64,000 bases of DNA from Felis catus (GCF_018350175.1 NC_058370.1:135966001-136030000), one strand, 5' to 3'; counted from the stretch's first letter, positions 47,128 through 59,428 are shown. A program made the numbers and translations. Notes: generated from the letters alone by a model not told the origin.

Positions 47128-47338
47128 TTTTTTTTTTAATGTTTATTTATTTTTGAGACAGAGAGACACAGAGCACGAACGGGGGAGGGCCAGAGAGAGG
47201 AAGACACAGAATCCGAAGCAGGCACCAGGCACCGAGCTGCCAGCACAGAGCCCGAGGCGGGGCTCGAACTCACAGACTGTGAGATCATGACCCGAGCCGA
47301 AGTCGGAGGCTCAACCGACTGAGCCACCCAGGCACCCC
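47128..47338 (-). mobile_element. CanSINE
   Basis: Perfect TSD GAACCAGGACATTCTT at 47112 and 47339. Confidence 0.95.
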
Positions 47339-47770
47339 GAACCAGGACATTCTTGAGGTCTTCCTAGAGGACCAAGGCTCATGGCAATGCTGTGAATAGA
47401 GTCACGCAGGGAGGGATTGCCAAGAGTGCTCCCAAAGATGCGTCTTTCCAGTCTATCAGGTATCCGTTTACCGTCTCGGGGTTCCCTCCTGGGGTGCTCC
47501 GGGGCCTGCTACCTCCTGTGTGGGGAAGACTGAAGGCGTAGGAGGTGGCCCGTTCTATGAGCAGAATTCATTCCCTGTGAAATCCTCTTTATAAACACAG
47601 TGTGCTGTGTGATTTTGAAAAAGAAAAGAAAAAAAGAAATTCATTCGACATATTTCCACTCATAGTAAAAAACACATGTTGTTAACAGCATTTTAAAATC
47701 TATTCCCCACTCCCCAGCTCTGTTGATAGATAACTGACCCAGACCACGGTGTGAGTTTAAGGTGTGCTTT

Positions 47771-47991
47771 TCAGAAAATTAAAAAAAAATTTTTTTTTGT
47801 AATTTTTTTTTTTATTTTTGAGAGCAAGACAGAGTACAAGTGGGGGAGGAACAGAGAGAAAGGGAGACACAGAATCCGAAGCAGGTGCCAGGCTCTGAGC
47901 TGTCAGCACAACGGGCTCGAACTCACCAACGGTGAGATCATGACCTGAGCTGAGGTCGGACACTTAACTGACTGAGCCACCCAGGCGCCCC
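47771..47991 (-). mobile_element. CanSINE
   Basis: TSD TAAGGTGTGCTT at 47758 and 47992. Confidence 0.93.
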
Positions 47992-49220
47992 TAAGGTGTG
48001 CTTCTTTAAACCAACAAATGGTATCTACCTTTAGTGAATCGAATGTCAACTTTTTCCGGAATTTTTCGCTGTTTGTTTCTAGGTGATACCGCTTGAGACC
48101 TGCTGGGGACAAGAAACACTATCTAAATGTAAACATTTCCAGTGAGGGGCTAAGGACACCCGGGAATCCCACCGTCAAGATATCAATATAGGGATCCATA
48201 GCAGGAAAACTTACACAGCAAACTTAAACTTCCATCCCTGTTAATTTCACATGTTCCTCTATGGGTTAACTTGATTTCTGTCCTATTCTTCTGCTCGACG
48301 CTATCCACATTCAAATGGCCATCCAATTTTATCCTAATTCAATGATCATACTTGAAGGGCACCTGGAATGTGTTACAACACCGGTGAATTTATGGTGGCT
48401 GATAGTGTTGCTAGGTACATGAAGAGATGCCATCATATATAATTCTACAATATTCTACAGTGGAAGCAAGAGAAATTTCCTTTCACTGACGTAAAAACCC
48501 TATAATTCTTCCAAAAGCCAAATCGCCAAGCCCCAGAAAAGGTTGAATAGCTAAGCACCCCGCTAAGAGCTATTATGAACACTTTTGCTCTTTCAAAAAA
48601 AAATAATCCACCATAGTACAGAGCCTTACACAGTGGGATATAGGCACGGCTAATGACAGCCAAGTGACACTTGACAAAATTAAAGTCCATTTTCCTAAAA
48701 TTGTTGCTAGGTTCCAACAGCCATTCATTTGCAGAGCCAGGAAAATTATAGCAGGGCAACCTTCCTTCATTGAAATTAGTGATTTTTATATGTGTGTGTG
48801 TGTGTGGGGGGGGCAATGGGATTACCATTTTTGCTTCTATTTCTGACTCAAGACGCATATACGGTTATAGCAAGTTTTAGCGAAAGCATGGGGAAGACTT
48901 GGGACTTGACTCTAGCTACCTGACACGGGAGGAGGGGATAGACTGCAGCGAGCACTTGTCGAAGGCATCTCTGAAGGCGCATCCGTGCCCTCTTTGAAGA
49001 ACACGAACTAGAAAGCTTGCGGCAGATTCCACAGGGAAGTCCCGACCCACCCTTTCCAAATAACATTCTTTAAGTTGAGTCATGGCTTTAGATTATTGAT
49101 TTTGGTCTATTTACAGTACATGGAAGCACAAACTGAAGGAATAGGTATGAATGACTTATTTGTATAATATATATAAATATATATAGTTTTAGTTTGTCTA
49201 ATGTTTCCCTCTCTCACTCT

Positions 49221-49223
<3 letters not shown>

Positions 49224-49256
<33 letters not shown>

Positions 49257-49282
49257 ATATATATCCATATGTATATATATAT
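49224..49282. repeat. (TA)n microsatellite, interrupted
   Basis: Direct. Confidence 0.9.
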
Positions 49283-49319
49283 TTTTCTCTCCCTCTGGAA
49301 ACCCTGACCAATCTAGTTA

Positions 49320-49450
49320 TCTATTATGGTTCCTGATTTACACTTAAGGAAACCAAGGATCAGCGAGGCGATATGACTTTCCCAAGATCACAAAGGTGGA
49401 GTCGACGTTCACATGAAGACTTCATGTCAGGTTCTCTGCTGGGTTTGGGA
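49320..49450 (-). mobile_element. MIR fragment
   Basis: TTTACACTTAAGGAAACCAAGG…TGACTTTCCCAAGATCACA. Confidence 0.6.
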
Positions 49451-49799
49451 TGCCAGAGCAGGGCAGTCTGGCTAAATAGTCTATAGGGAGTTATCCAAGC
49501 GGTCTGGCTGTTGGCATCGGGGAGTGCTAGCTGTAAGAAGCCAGAGCCAGCTGAGAGCACCCGATTTGAAAGGAATATCTACTTTCTAAAAGCAGGAGAA
49601 GACGGTTCACACTAACAGCCCCGCTGGGCACAGAGGGATGCTTGGATATATTGCAGGGAAATTAGGACCCCGAGGGAATTTCTGAGGATATGTATGGCAA
49701 TGGAGTAAGCATGGTGTCCCCCGAGGGACACGTGTGATTAAATAAAATTGGAAGTAATTTGGGAGTCGAGCAAAGAAGTCTACGCTTGGTTCCTGTACT

Positions 49800-50020
49800 C
49801 ATAAGTGCTGATTGAATTCTTAGGTAAAGGACTCTTCGAAAAAGGAAAGGGCACCGATATGAGTTCATACGCTGGTGAGGAAGATAGACATCGACAAAAT
49901 AATCACACGCACGGTTACATCATTGCAGATGTGATGAGCCCTGTGGAGATAGGATTGCAAAGATTCGGAAGAAAAGCCTTGTCTGGAGAATCGGGAGAGG
50001 CTTCTTGAAGGAGGTGGTAT
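49800..50020 (-). mobile_element. L2 fragment
   Basis: GGAAGATAGACAT…ATAATCACAC…GGGAGAGGCTTCTTGAAGGAGGTG. Confidence 0.5.
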
Positions 50021-50519
50021 AATACAGAACAGGGCAATGGTTAGTAAACTATTTTGCAGCAAGAGCTACGTAAAGTAGACACATTCTCCTAAATGGAGTC
50101 ATTTGATTTTTTTTCCTCCCAACCGGCAGAAAGAGATTTAATGAATGGAGAAGATTTTCGCACTTCTAGTTTTTCCTTCCATAATATATTTTTAATCATG
50201 GCACCTGCTACTACTTCTCTGCGCTATAGCAGATGACAAATGAATGAACACGTTGCAAATGAATATTAATGAAAAACCATAAATAATGCATCAGACTTAT
50301 TTAGACAGGTTTTTTTTTTTTGGTCATCATTATTGTTTTGTTTTGTGGGGCCATGTGCCTTTTTTCATGCATACTAACACTGTCCTAGTTGAGAGGATGG
50401 AATTAAACACCCAAATGTCACAGTATTCCGCAAAATGCACCAAGGGCCGATCTGAGGAACCCTGGAGATGGTAATAGGGACCCTGTTAATTCTTATACAA
50501 GGAAGAAGCGGGATAGGAA

Positions 50520-50720
50520 ATTCTAGCATTTGCCAACCACTTCCCATTTCCCCCGATGTTTGCATAGGACCTCACTTGTCCCTTCCAATAATACAATAGG
50601 GTGGGCATCAGAATTATTACTATTTTGAGGTGAGAAAAGTGAGGCTCAGAGAAAGTCAGTGACGCCCCCAAGGATATACCATTGGCATGGTGCAGAGAGT
50701 GTGAAATCAGACATCCTAAT
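50520..50720 (-). mobile_element. MIR
   Basis: ATTTTGAGGTGAGAAAAGTGAGGCTCAGAGAAAGTCAGTGAC…CCCAAGG core. Confidence 0.75.
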
Positions 50721-50749
50721 TTAAGACACCCATATTAGTGAAATGAAAC

Positions 50750-50957
50750 NNNNNNNNNNNNNNNNNNNNNNNNNNNNNNNNNNNNNNNNNNNNNNNNNNN
50801 NNNNNNNNNNNNNNNNNNNNNNNNNNNNNNNNNNNNNNNNNNNNNNNNNNNNNNNNNNNNNNNNNNNNNNNNNNNNNNNNNNNNNNNNNNNNNNNNNNNN
50901 NNNNNNNNNNNNNNNNNNNNNNNNNNNNNNNNNNNNNNNNNNNNNNNNNNNNNNNNN
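50750..50957. other. Assembly gap (N run)
   Basis: 208 N. Confidence 1.
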
Positions 50958-51281
50958 GCACAAAGGCATGCCACATTTTTGTGAAAAGTGGAAAGAAAAC
51001 ACAAGCTTCAGGGGGACCAGGACTCATCAAATATCCAAAGAAGAGCTTGCTGAACAGCAAATTTCTTGGAGATTTAGATTCTGTTAGATCTTTTTTAGAG
51101 TAAGGTACTCTTTTTATTTGAAATACCCATGTTTCAATACACTGAGAACCGTGTCCTTTGCAATGACATAATTTACGATGAAAACTTAAATGTAACTTAA
51201 ACTATATAACAAAGGATGTAGGGTTTTAAAGCACTTTTAATAGCACAGGAGCAAGAATTTTGTTCCCCTGGCACTCTTCTG

Positions 51282-51487
51282 TTTTTAAATTTATTTTTAT
51301 TTATTTTGAGAGAGAACTAGAGAGCCAGCAGGGGAGGGGCGGAGAGAGGGAGAGACAGAATTCCAAGCAGGCTCCCAGCCACCAGTGCAGTACCCGATGC
51401 GGGGCTCGAACTCGCGAACCGTGAGATCATGACCTGAGCCGAAGTCAAGAGTCGGACGCCTAACCGACTGAGCCACCCGGTGTCCCC
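51282..51487 (-). mobile_element. CanSINE
   Basis: Full body ending CTGAGCCACCCGGTGTCCCC. Confidence 0.92.
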
Positions 51488-52179
51488 TCTGCTGGGACTC
51501 TTCTTCCATCTGCCAGCTCCCCTGCCGACTGCTGCACGCCATCCACACCCCACCATGCCACATGCCCCCACGGTACGTGATGCTATGTGCCACGCCACGC
51601 CATGCTGCATCACACCGAGCCACGCTGCGCAGTGTCGCACCAGGTACATCGTTTACCTGGCCAACTCTGTGTGTCAAGACTCAGCTCAGGCTTTGCCTCC
51701 CGGCAGTGGCCCTGGCTGCCCCCAAGCGTGACCGTGTTTCCAGAGGACATACCACGTGACTCTCGCGGTAATCCCATTCTCGGAAAACAAAGGCCACGTT
51801 ACCTCCTCTTGTCCGAGTGTTGTCACCGTGCCTGGTGCGGAGAGAGTCTGACAGAAGTGCACATCCACGATGCAAAACCCGGGGAAGAAATGCAGATTAG
51901 CAGCAGTGAGAGAGAACTGTGAGGGAGACGTGTGATCTGGCCCTGGTGCGAGGGAATGGGGCCAGGGTAGAAGCTACTTTTGTTTCCTGTCACATCTCTG
52001 AGGAAAGGGGCAAAAGGCCGATTAATTGCATGAAACTATCATCTTGAGGCTGTTTAGTTAATATAGACATGGAGAGAGACACACGTGTTTCGTCTCACAT
52101 CAGACTTATTCCAAAAACTATTTCCATCTTCCAAATATCCGAGGGGATACTGAGCATCGCCTTCTCCTAGTGGTACTAA

Positions 52180-52385
52180 TTTGAGTAGTAGAAAGTAGAG
52201 GTTTGGGTTTCGAAACTGGGTGGCAGTGTAATACTTGGTCCCGCCACTTAGTGACCTTGGACAAGTCCCATTGGGCAAGTTCCTTTCTTTGTTCCGCATC
52301 TAACTCACCACGCTGCGAGTGCACAAGGGCAGGTACATGAAGAGCCTCCCATGCAGCTGCTGTGCAATAAATATCAGTTCTGTGT
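52180..52385 (+). mobile_element. MIR, degenerate
   Basis: GCCACTTAGTGACCTTGGACAAGTC…CAATAAATATCAGTT. Confidence 0.5.
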
Positions 52386-53159
52386 CCTTCACCCTCTTCT
52401 AAAAGGTATGGAAGATAAAAATCAGGAATAGGTTCTGGGACGGAGTTTCAAAGATTTCAGAATGGAAGCATTCACGCCAGGTAACTTTTGTTCTGATATT
52501 TGGCAAAACGTGAATCCGGTCAAAACACAAATCACGCACACGTGGGCTTCCGTTAACGAGACACATAAATGAATCTTGGTCTTTGCTGGCTATTTGGCAA
52601 ATGCTTCAATTTGTCTGTTCCAGTCTTCTAAATGCCCCGTGAATCCGCTGAGACTTTTCTTTGAATCTCCACTTCGCAGGTGTGAAAATGACTCAGAGGG
52701 AGACGGGGTGCCTTCAGTTGGGAGCTGCTGTTCCAGATATAATCTGGCAAACAAACACACCGACTTTCCAAGTGTGATTTCTCCCCTGGCATCTTAGCGT
52801 AGACTCTGGGAAGATACAAACCAGGAGTCTTGCTTGGGTTATACTTTAACCGGGGAAACATTGCCTTATAATTATCTCCATCAGACGCAAAGAAATGGCA
52901 ACACTTTGGTGAGTTTTTCTTTTATTTACTAGTTGCTTGCTTTGGCCTTTTCCTACTTTCAACCTTAGGAAAGGACTCTTATAAAAATATATGACCAGGA
53001 AGAAGGGAGTGAAAGTGTTGTGGGGCGTATATGTTTCTAACAAATGAGTTAACATCATTTTTTTTTCAACTTGGGCTGGGGCCAAATGACTTAAGAAAAA
53101 TATCTTCAATTATGGGCAAAGATGGAAGGGTCTATTTCTTGGAAGGTCTTCAAAGAAAG

Positions 53160-53400
53160 TGACTGATGGTTTTAAAAGACAGCTACAAATCCTTTGACAT
53201 TCTTCCCATCAAGAGGTGGTATTGACATGCCTTCCCCTTGAACTGACAACCACCACAGAAAGATCCCAGTTAAGAACTGCCGTGCAGGTCCTTGCCAAGA
53301 ATGAGAGTACAATAAAATGGCTAGTTTAAGTCACTAGGTTCGGAGGGGAATTTATTATGAGGCAATAGGAACTCAAATGTTGAGCATAATTTCTTAGATA
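53160..53400 (+). mobile_element. MLT1F-like LTR with large internal deletion
   Basis: CTACAAATCCTTTGACATTCTTCCCATCAAGAGGTGG…CCCCTTGAA joined to …AATAAAATGG…TTTAAGTCACTAGGTT. Confidence 0.65.
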
Positions 53401-53482
53401 CCATTGTAGACCTAAGTTTAATGTAAAGTTTTAACTCATCTATTTATGAATGTGAACATAAATGTTGAAGGAATAACTCTTT

Positions 53483-53706
53483 ATTTTTTTTTAATTTTTA
53501 AATGTTTATTCATTTTTGAGAGAGAGAGAGAGAGAGGCAGAGTGTGAGTGGGAGAGGGGCAGAGAGAGAAAGGGAGACACACAGAATCTGAAGCAGGCTC
53601 CGAGCTGTCAGCACGGAGCCCTATGCGGGGCTCAAACTCATGAACCGTGAGATCATGACCTGAACCCAGGTCAGATGCTTAACCGATGGAGCCACCCAAG
53701 TGCCCC
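53483..53706 (-). mobile_element. CanSINE
   Basis: TSD GAATAAC(T/G)CTTTA. Confidence 0.92.
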
Positions 53707-54696
53707 TAAAGAATAACGCTTTAAATGGAAAAAATAGGAATGTATTATTTCATTAGTTACCGCATTTGGATGCCTTTTCTCCTAACTGTTCTTTCTGCTT
53801 GTTTTTCACTGAAATTCTTTTCATACTCTATCAAGGCAGCAGGAAGTTTCATTAAATAGAAGAGCAACAGATACTTCTGCTTAAATGGGACTGTGAGTTC
53901 CGGACTTTATTTTGCCTGTGTGTGAAAAACTGGGGCAAGAGGTAGGGAGGATGTGTTTGGCTGAGCATCACTTGGCATTAGATGCCCACTTTCTCCACTG
54001 CTAGTCAGGATGGTCAAGGTGATTCTCACTGCTGAGTCCTTGAACAACGTCATCGCAATCTCCTAGGTGCTGTGGAAACAGTAGGTGAGAACATGTTTCC
54101 TAGCTGTGTGGCTAAACAGAACTCAGAGGACACGTGTTCCATGTTGGACATTATACTCTCTTTGTGAATATGAAAAACAGTTACAGACAAACTAACATAA
54201 TAACTCGTCTGCCCTGGGTGGAAAACATGGAAGTCTTTCCCTTCCAGATAGTTCCTCATCCTGTATCAGCAGAATATTCATTACCAGCCCTTTGGCTGGT
54301 CACATGTAGCATTTCTAGATATTCAACTAAGGTTTGGTTCTCTCTCTGTCTCTGTCTCTTTCTCCTTCTCTCTCTCTGTCTTTCTCCTTCTCTTTGGATT
54401 ATGGATTATATAATCCTAAATATGGATTATTATTCATAATATCTTTGGAAAGGAAAAGGTTTTCTTATTTTCAATGAACCACAATGGTTTATTTGAATTT
54501 TGCATTAAACCTTTCATTTTTAAGATTACTTTGTGCAAGGAGGTTAAGGGAAGGCATAAAATCCACATTATTCAGCTGTCTGTTGATTTATTAATTTTTC
54601 AATATGTTGGAAGAGAAAGTCTATCCAGATTATGATGATAGCTTAGAGGGAGTGTGCAAGGGAAAGATCAGTTTGTGTCTATCTTTGAAGTGTTTC

Positions 54697-55280
54697 ATTT
54701 TTTAAAATATAGTTTATTGTCAAATTGGCTAACATACAGTGTGTAAAGTGTGCTCTTGGTTTTGGGGGTAGATTGCCATGGTTCATTTCTGCCATACAAC
54801 ATCCAGTGCTCATCCCAAGCGCCCTCCTCCATACCCATCGCCCATTCTTCCCTCTCCCCAACCCTCACATTCACCCTCAGTTTGTTCTCTGTACTTAAGA
54901 GTCTCTTATGGTTTCCCTCCCTCTCTGTTTGTACCTATTTTTCCCCTTCCCCTCCCCCATAGCCTTCTGTGAATTTTCTCAAGATCCACATAGGAGTGAA
55001 ACACATGATATCTGTCCTTCTTTGATGGACTTATTTCACTCAGCATAATACCTTCCAGATCCATCGGCGGTGCTGCCAATGGCATGACTTCATTCTTTCT
55101 CATTGCCAAGTAGTGTTCCTTTGTGTATATAAACCACATCTTAAAAAATCATAATAAAAAAGTAAAAATAATTAAAAAAATAATAAACCACAACTTCTTT
55201 ATCCCTTCATCAGTTGATGGACATCTAGGCTCTTGCCATAATTTGGTTATTGTTGAAAGCGCCGCCATAAACAGCGGGGT
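54697..55280 (-). mobile_element. Felid L1 3' end (5'-truncated), ORF2 C-terminus plus 3'UTR
   Basis: Minus-strand translations LFMAALSTITKLWQEPRCPSTDE and MWFIYTKEHYLAMRKNE…LEGIMLSEIS; carnivore L1 3'UTR GTTTATTGTCAAATTGGCTAACATACAG. Confidence 0.92.
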
Positions 55281-55809
55281 TTCGAAAATAAACGTTCCTG
55301 TTTGAGAGCATAGGGTGGTCAGTTTTCTGTGCTCTCCTTCCTGAAAGATAATGCCCCATTGACCCAACCGTAAGTAATTTCCCTCACTATATCCCTAATG
55401 TTGCGCTTGCACGGTCAAAGCTGACTCAATATCAGGTTCAGGTTGTAGTAGAGAAAGGGTAAGGATTGTTTTTTCCCCCAGGAAGACACAAGGGTGTTGC
55501 CCACATCGCTTCTACTCACATTCCATCGGTACGAATTTAACTGTTTTGCTTGGAGCCTGGAAATGAAGTCTGCAGCTGGATGCTTATCACCCTCCTGAAA
55601 TGCATCAGGCTGTATGACTAAAAGAAATAAGGGAAGAATAGGTCCTGAAGGACAATGAACGATCGGTACTCTGACCGTCAAGAATACGTCAACACTTGTG
55701 GAAATAATAGAGCAACACGAGACAAAAGTGCAACAAAACTCTGGGTCTCTGAGCACATCCATACGGAGTACCGTTGTCTATGGGCTCTGTAGCACCATCT
55801 GACCTCTGG

Positions 55810-56145
55810 GTCTTAGTTGACTCAGGCTGCCGCAACCAAATTTTACAGACTAGGTAGCTTAGGCAACAGAAACTTAGTTACTCGTGCTGCTGGAGGTGGG
55901 AAGTCCATGATCAAAGTCCGGTAAGATGTCGTTCCTGGCGAGGACTTTCCTCTTGGCTTGCAGATGGTGGCTCTGACACCGTGTTCTCAAATGACAGAGA
56001 GGAAGCCCATCATGGAAGCCCCACCCACTCTCACGACCTCATCTCAACTTAATTACCTCCCAAAGGCCCCACCTCAAAATACTATTATATTGAGGGTCCG
56101 GGCTTCTGCCTGTGAATTTAGGGGAGACGCACTCAATCACTAACA
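55810..56145 (-). mobile_element. MLT1A-type MaLR solo LTR
   Basis: GTCTTAGT…CAGACTAGGTAGCTT…GGAAGTCCATGATCAAAG…TAATTACCTCCCAAAGGCCCCACCTC. Confidence 0.82.
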
Positions 56146-56211
56146 TCGTGACTTATATGATAAAGAATAAATGCTTATCATATTTGAGATAATGCGTGTT
56201 TTCATCTATTT

Positions 56212-56435
56212 ATTTTATTTATTTTTATTATTTTTTAAATGCTGATTTTCGAGAGAGAGAGAGACAGAGCGCCAGCAGGGGAGGGGCAGAGAGAGAGGGA
56301 GACACAGAATCCGAAGCAGGCTCCAGGCTTGGAGCTGTCAGCACAGGGCCCAACGTGGGGCTCGAAACCATGGACCACAAGATCATGACCTGAGCCGGAG
56401 TGGGAAGCTTGACTGACTGAGCCCCCCATGTGCCC
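56212..56435 (-). mobile_element. CanSINE
   Basis: TSD CATCTATTTATTTT / CATCCACTTATTTT. Confidence 0.92.
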
Positions 56436-56924
56436 TTGCATCCACTTATTTTAATGGTTTGGCCTTTTTTTGACATGGTACATGCTCTAAAATGAACATA
56501 TTACTCCTGACTCAGTTTAGGACTGAATATGACAATCCCATATTGAGTCAAAACAGCAGAAGCTGTCGTATTAACATTAACACCATCTAAAGTTTGTGGA
56601 GAGAGTTCTATCACATTGTTGATCCCTACCAAGCTTGCTGCTGATGAAAACCCGTAAGTCTGCCTATCAAAAGTTACTATGTAAAATTTTCTCTACCATA
56701 GTATTGTCGTCTTGAATTTTTGGGCTTCTGCAAATTGGCAGGAGATAATTCTCACATTAGTCATTTTTAGAATGGTCGGCTATTTGGAAGGGTTTACTTA
56801 CTGTCTCCTGCTTTTCAAAGAAACAGGAACACAAATGCACATTATCTCATAGTTCACTGTAAAAAAAATAGCTATAGAGTGATCTGATTCAGACACACAG
56901 AGAAAAAAGATGCCATTCACTAAC

Positions 56925-57325
56925 TGTTGTGGTTTTTAATTGTGTTCTCTGAAAGATTTGCTCGTCCTGAGCCCCACTACCTGTGAATGTGACCTTACTT
57001 GAAAACAGGGTCTTTACAGATGTGATTAAGTTGAAATGAGGCCATACCTAGTCAGTGTGGGCACTCATCCAGTGGCTTCCTTAGAAGGAGATGGGAAATT
57101 TGATTCGCAGACTTACAGGGAGAATGTCAATAAGGAGTGATGTGTCTGCAATCCAAGGAACACCAAGATTGCCAGCAACACCAGAGAGTAGGAAGAAGCA
57201 GGGAAGGGTCCTCTGCTACAGGGTTCAGAGGGAACATGGTCTGCTGATGCCTTGACATCGGGGCTGGCCTCCGCTCCTGTGATCGAATATGTTTCTGTTG
57301 CTTTAAGTCACCAAGTTTGTTAACC
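56925..57325 (+). mobile_element. MLT1C-like MaLR solo LTR
   Basis: ACCTGTGAATGTGACCTTACTTGAAAACAGGGTCTTTACAGATGTGATTAAG…CCAAGGAACACCAAGATTGCCAGCAACACCAG…TTTCTGTTGCTTTAAG. Confidence 0.85.
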
Positions 57326-57379
57326 CGCCCAAACCAATTTAGTTTACCTTTGAAATGGGAATACAAACACATTGCAGTT

Positions 57380-57477
57380 GGGGCATCAGTTGGTTAAGCA
57401 TTCTTCTTTTGATTTGGGCTCAGGTCAGGATCTCATGGTTTGTGACTTTGAGCCCCACATCAGGCTCTGTGCTGACA
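57380..57477 (+). mobile_element. CanSINE 5' part, truncated by gap
   Basis: GGGCTCAGGTCAGGATCTCATGGTT…GAGCCCCACATCAGGCTCTGTGCTGACA. Confidence 0.88.
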
Positions 57478-57624
57478 NNNNNNNNNNNNNNNNNNNNNNN
57501 NNNNNNNNNNNNNNNNNNNNNNNNNNNNNNNNNNNNNNNNNNNNNNNNNNNNNNNNNNNNNNNNNNNNNNNNNNNNNNNNNNNNNNNNNNNNNNNNNNNN
57601 NNNNNNNNNNNNNNNNNNNNNNNN
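57478..57624. other. Assembly gap (N run)
   Basis: 147 N, starting inside a SINE. Confidence 1.
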
Positions 57625-58424
57625 ATGAAACCCACAAACATATTGAAGTTATGAAGATTAATGAAATATAGTATGTGGAACATCTCACACTACTCTTAAC
57701 ATGTAGACTCTGGCTCAGTGAGCGTTAGTTCTCTCTCTCTGCAGCCTACAGACTATGGGGGTGGGGAGGCCGTGCGGAGAACGGCTCTATTCCCGTGTGT
57801 GGGTAGAAGTTCCCTTCATGGGCTTGCGGCAGCCCACTCACCATCTGTGAAGATAATAGGCAGAACAGCAACTGCCTGTATTTTTCGCAAACAAGGACGT
57901 GGTAGTAAATATCGCATCCGTTCCGGAATCCGCATGTGCTGTGTGTTTCCCAGTACTGCTTTGTAACTGAAACACTCATGGCAGGAATGTCTTCGGTTTT
58001 CTTTGTCATACGTTGACCTGCGATAACTGTTTTCCTGAAAAATTTATAATGTAATTGCAAGAACACTTTGCCTTCCTGGAAAGTGCAGTGTGTGTATTTA
58101 CTTATTGACTAAATGCTTCCTATCAGGTCAACCCCATGTTGACCTTCAAAAATACGTCAATCAATAAGCGTTAATGTGATGATGGAGGCAGAGGCTACAG
58201 CAAAGGAGAGAAGGAAGTTGCTCAGGAATAATTCCAACAAGGACCAGGCTGACTCCAGGAGGTGGTTAAAGAAACTCTTATTTAGTTAGTTATGTGCGTG
58301 GTGACATTATGATGTCATGCGTCTCTGTGGGCAGAAAAATACTACACTTAACACAGAGACAAAAGGAAACTGTCATATCCTGCGTCCCATCTGTATGACA
58401 GATACTACTTCGTGAGGTGTGCAA

Positions 58425-58590
58425 TTTAAACCCTGGATGGGTGAGCACAGTTTCTTCATTTTATGATGGAGGAGGCACTAAAACCCAAGGATTGAATTCA
58501 ACTTCCCAACATGATTCATCTGGAAAGTGGAGAGACCAGAATTCCAAGCTCTCGTTCTGCCTCTGGCTCTTTCCATTGTATCTTGCCACC
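58425..58590 (-). mobile_element. MIR fragment
   Basis: CATTTTATGATGGAGGAGGCACT…AACTTCCCAA…AAGTGGAGAGACCAGAATTC. Confidence 0.5.
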
Positions 58591-58895
58591 AAAGGCTCCC
58601 CTGTGATGTCGCCTACTAGTTTGTGCCCTTCTGAAAAATAAATAGCTGGAAGAAAAGAGATGTTCTCATTTTTCCCTCAGTGTTGAGATTTATTGTGAAC
58701 TGATATTGTTTCCTTAATTACTAATGACACACAGATTAATGAAATAAGATGATGATACCCCTCCTCCAAACCCTTTTTCATCTTTGAAGTCCTATTTTAT
58801 AGAGCCGGCATTAATGGACAGTGGGAAAGCATGAAATATTCAACAGATAGTGCTGGGAAAATTGGTTAGTTATATGAAAAATAAATAAAATTGTA

Positions 58896-59110
58896 GGGGC
58901 GGTTAAGCGACCGACTTCGGCTCAGGTCATGACCTCACGGTTCGTGGGTCCGAGCCCCGCGTTGGGCTCTGTGCTGGCAGCTTGGAGACTGGAGCCTTCT
59001 TCAGATTCTGTGCTCCCTCTCTCTCTGCCCCTCCCTAGCTCACGCTCACATTCTCTCTCTCTGTGTCAATAATAAATACATGTAGAAAAAAAAGAAAGAA
59101 AAAGAAAAAG
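58896..59110 (+). mobile_element. CanSINE with deleted A-box region
   Basis: GGGGC joined to GGTTAAGCG; TSD AAATTGTA. Confidence 0.9.
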
Positions 59111-59242
59111 AAATTGTATCCCTACCTCATACCACACATAGAAATCACTTTCAGATGGAGAAAACCTTCAACGTGAAAGGCAAAAATGTTGAAACTTTTT
59201 GAATATCTTTATAATATTAAGCCATACAAAGAATGAAAACTA

Positions 59243-59428
59243 GGGGTGACGGGGTGTCCAGTCTTAAGGGTGCAACTCTTGATTTCAACTCAGGCCATGA
59301 TGTTATGGTTCATGAGATTGAGCCCCTCGTTGGGCTCTGCGCTGACAGTGTGGAGCCTGCTTGGGATCCTCTCTCTCCCTCTCTCTGCTCCTCCTCCCCC
59401 GCAAATAAATAACAAATTTAAAAAAAAT
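59243..59428 (+). mobile_element. CanSINE
   Basis: Diverged head; TSD ATGAAAA(C/G)TA. Confidence 0.88.

Noticed and set aside
50716-51087. ORFs spanning N runs (also 57355-57688)
   Set aside because: Artefacts of translating assembly gaps.
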